A stretch of 64,000 nt of DNA from Malacoraja senta. Taxonomy: Eukaryota. This document shows positions 60,601 to 64,000 of the stretch, piece after piece; positions within the stretch are counted from its first letter, which is position 1, and each line of letters begins with the position of its first letter. Position numbers and translations under genes: made by a program. Where the stretch lies: the NCBI GenBank assembly GCA_038087875.1, contig CM075995.1, forward strand, positions 3,908,001 to 3,972,000. Direction: 5' to 3'. The notes beneath the pieces were generated by a model. It saw only the letters and a list, made by a program, of their open reading frames with translations. It was not told where the DNA came from and searched no databases.

Positions 60601-62280
60601 TGTGTGCAAAGTGGTTGGTGTGTGCCCTGCATTCTCTACTTCAACAGCATTCCATTAATTGTAAAGAAATTTGAGACGCCCAGAGGCTTTGAAACGTGTC
60701 TATATAAATGCAAAGCTTTTATTTATTCCTTATTCTATTTGTGTACTTTAGTTTAGTTTAGTTTCGAGAAACAGCGCGGAAACAGGCCCTTCGGCCCACC
60801 GAGGCAGCGATCCCCACACATTAGCACTATCCTATACACACTAAGGACAATTTACAATTCTACCAAGCCAATTTATCCTACACATGTCTTTGGAATGTGG
60901 GGGGAAACTGGAGCACCCGGGGAAATCCCGCAGGTCACGGGAGAAGGTACAAGCTCACTACAGACAATCACCCGTAGTCAGGATCGAACCCTGGCCTCTG
61001 GCGCTGTAAGGCAGCAACTCTACCGCTGCGCTACTGTACCGCTGTAGCATTGTTCACTATCCTATAGAACGATAATCCAGCCCATTGAACTGCTTCATCA
61101 AGTAACTGCTCTAAAATGGTGTTATCAGTCTAAATTTGCAGGCTAATTTACCAGACAATCAACTTGTTATATTATTAAATATTGAATCTTGCCTGAGGCT
61201 GAGTATGGAATGAAGAGGATTAAAGGTCTTTGATGTCAAGTGCTGAAAAGAGCTTCTGCCAACAGTTACAATGATTGAAGCAAACAGATGTGGAAGTAAA
61301 CGTCAATGAATAGCTCTTATGCATAGATAGAAAGGTATAACACAGTAACAAGCCTACAATGTCTGTGCTGAACATGATGCCAAGATGAACTGATCACATT
61401 TACAACATAGTAAAGTGCAAATTACATGGAAAAGTCCTTGAAAATTATCTATGTCAGATGAGTCAATGACAGTACATAATCCACATCATCACAGTAATAC
61501 ATAAATAGAAACTGTTGAAAATATTTAGCTGGTAAAGTGCCATCTATGGAGAGTTAAAATTTCAGGTGAAAGTTATGTTTACTGGATCACCATTTTCTTA
61601 GTGTTACCTGCAATGCATTAACATAAAACCTAACACAGATAACCCCTAACACAATAACAATATTGGAGAAGATGGCTTGAAGGGCCGAATGGCCTACTCC
61701 TGCACCTATTGTCTATTGTCTATTGACGTTTCAGGTCAGGATTCTTAACATTAGTATTATAGATAATCTTCAAACATTTTTTTGCCTTAGTTGGCCAAAA
61801 CCTATACTGGAGCACTGAAGACACTTAATTTTATCCTCAATATCTCTCTCTTCGCTGAGAGATGTCTCCTGAAATATGGGAGATGGTCCACATCTTTTCA
61901 AGGTCTTGCTGAGAGCTGTTATTATTAGAAGGCGGTATCGTACGGCAGGGGCAGGTTGGTAGAGGGCCTTTGCTTGAGAATGTTGAGATTGACTTAGTTT
62001 GGTTTGAGATACAGCACAGAAACAGGCCCTTTGACCCACCGGGTCCACACTGTCCAGCAATCCCTGCATATTAACACTATCCTACACACTCTGGGATAAT
62101 TTACACTTATCCCAAGCCAATTAACCTACAAACCTGTACGTCTTTGGAGAGGGGGAGGAAACCGAAAATCTCAGAGAAAACCCACATGGTCACGGGGAGA
62201 ACGTACAAACTTTGTACAGACAGCACCCATAGTCGGGATCGAACCCAGGTCTCTGGCACTACCGCTGCGCCATCGTGCCA
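57637..62280. mobile_element. Further V-SINE copies (57637-57919 -, 58446-58740 +, 59495-59805 -, 60746-61041 -, 61993-62280 -)
   Basis: Family motifs; separate insertions grouped in one entry. Confidence 0.85.
58932..59372 (-). mobile_element. T-rich 3'UTR fragment of an L1/Tx1-like LINE
   Basis: Minus strand ends AATAAAAAGATTTTAAAAAGAAA; flanked by GAGA(T/C)CCTTCTTCTCT repeats. Confidence 0.55.
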
Positions 62281-62857
62281 CCCAGTGTAAGGCCCATCCT
62301 GTTGTGTGCTACAGAGAACCAATTATCAATGATTCAATCCATCTGCCTCGAACAGAGACCCAAGTGTTCTCTTCCCCCACGGCCGAATGATCCCTTCGAC
62401 CTGTATCCAACACTGTTTTGTTCTGTTTCTGTGGAGCAGGGTTGCAGTATTTCAGATGCAAATCGTGCCCCACAATAATCAACATGCTGGGGATTAATGC
62501 ACCTAGTTCCAGTTTCCACTTCAAGTAATAAGATGGTCTTAAATATCCTTAAAATTAAAATTAAAGGGCACAGGTTTAAGGTGAGAGGGAGGAAAACTCA
62601 CCTAACCTGTTCAATAGATATGGATAATTATTCTTATGTTCACCTCCTCATTGTTATGTATATGGTTCCTAGCCAAAGCTTTCCAATAACTTTCCCCCAT
62701 TTTACACAACTTCTTAAATGTTAGCTGCACTTTAGTAAATCGTGTTGCCTGAATTTTCATCCGTAAGTCCACACACACCAACCCATCCATAATGCCCAAA
62801 TCTAAATATGTCTGCAAGTTGCACCCCTTTAATTATATGCACAGCCTGACCATACTT

Positions 62858-63218
62858 TCTTAAGTTCATAAGTGATAGGAGCAGAGTTGGGCCATCCGGC
62901 CCATCAAGTCTACTCCACCATTCAATCACAGCTGATCTATCTTTCCGTCTCAACCCCATTCTCCTGCCTTCTCCTCATAACCCATGACACCCGTACTGAT
63001 CAAGAATCTATCAATCTCTGCCTTAAAAATATCTATTAACTTGGCCTCCACTGCCTTCTGTGGCTATAATTCCACAGTTTCACTATCCTTTGACTAAAGA
63101 AATTCCTCCTCATCTTTCTAAAGGTATGTTGTTTTATTCTGAGGCTACAACCTCTGGTCCTAGACTCTCCCACTAGTGGAAACATCCTCTCCACACCCAC
63201 TGCATCCAGTCCTTTCAC
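62858..63218 (-). mobile_element. CR1 3' fragment
   Basis: KGLDAVGVERMFPLVGESRTRG..FFSQRIVKLWN. Confidence 0.88.
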
Positions 63219-64000
63219 TTTCTCCTGCTATTTCTCCTCTGATTTCTGCTTGCACACGCTGACCTCTGGAAAATCTCCGATGCTGTTGCGTTGAACCAAG
63301 CCTCTCACATCATCCTACCATCGAGGAAACTGATGGATTCACCAAGTTCTCGTGAGGTGGGAGTGGGCAACCAATGGAGGACCTGGGAGGAGGGACCGCC
63401 GTGAGGGGGGTGGGGTGGGAGAGAACAAAGGAGGACCCGGCCTGGGGGAAGCGCTGTGAGGGGGGTGGAGACAAAGGAGGACCAAAGAACAAAGGTGGTA
63501 AACATTGTAACTTTGTCGCTGTCCTTTATGTAGTGACTCTTTGCATACCTTGGGTAAAAATATCACTGTGACTCGTCACATGTGACAATAAAGTATCATT
63601 CATTCGTCTCTCATGTCTCTAGTTCTACCACCAGTGGTAATATTACCTTCTTAAACATTGCTGTATTTCCCCATTCTGTGTACACCCCTGTGATCTTTGC
63701 AGTGTTGTTCTTCGTAAAGAATATTTTCACTTGATTCCCCCGATTTTCCTGTCGTAGCCTGTATCACTGCTTTGCCATTGTCACTGCTCCACTTGATGCA
63801 TCCCTATTTCTCACACAATGGATGAGTGTCCTGTTAATCTCTCGAGTAGCAAAATCCCAAACGCAATGTTCAAGTAGTATCCTTGCCTTTCTTTTCATTG
63901 ATGCGTGATTAGACGGAAGAGGGTTACAAATAAAACATACTTTAATGATGGCGACACCTCTCGACTAAACTGCAGTGTCTGATAGAAGAATGTATTGAGG

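Overview
This is repeat-dominated eukaryotic DNA with no recognisable host protein-coding exon. The repeat content (V-domain tRNA-SINEs of the HE1 type with CR1/HER1-like tails, Deu-domain SINE relics, Penelope, Rex/Babar) points to a cartilaginous fish, probably a skate or ray; this is inference. The main elements are two near-full-length, decayed DIRS tyrosine-recombinase retrotransposons (483-5229 minus; 9805-14331 plus), each with ITRs and an internal complementary region (ICR). One is nested in a TAG-terminated DNA transposon whose ORF ends in a spindlin-like Tudor segment, the other in a composite non-autonomous Helitron. Also present: a Tc1 IR/DR transposon with an uninterrupted DD34E ORF (49629-51245), Penelope remnants, many short Penelope-derived repeats carrying minimal hammerhead-ribozyme cores, Harbinger-type MITEs, a solo LTR, and a diverged U1 snRNA copy split by a CR1 and fused to a SINE. 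There are two 200-N assembly gaps. All calls are by eye; boundaries of decayed repeats are approximate and most short ORFs in the track are repeat-derived noise.
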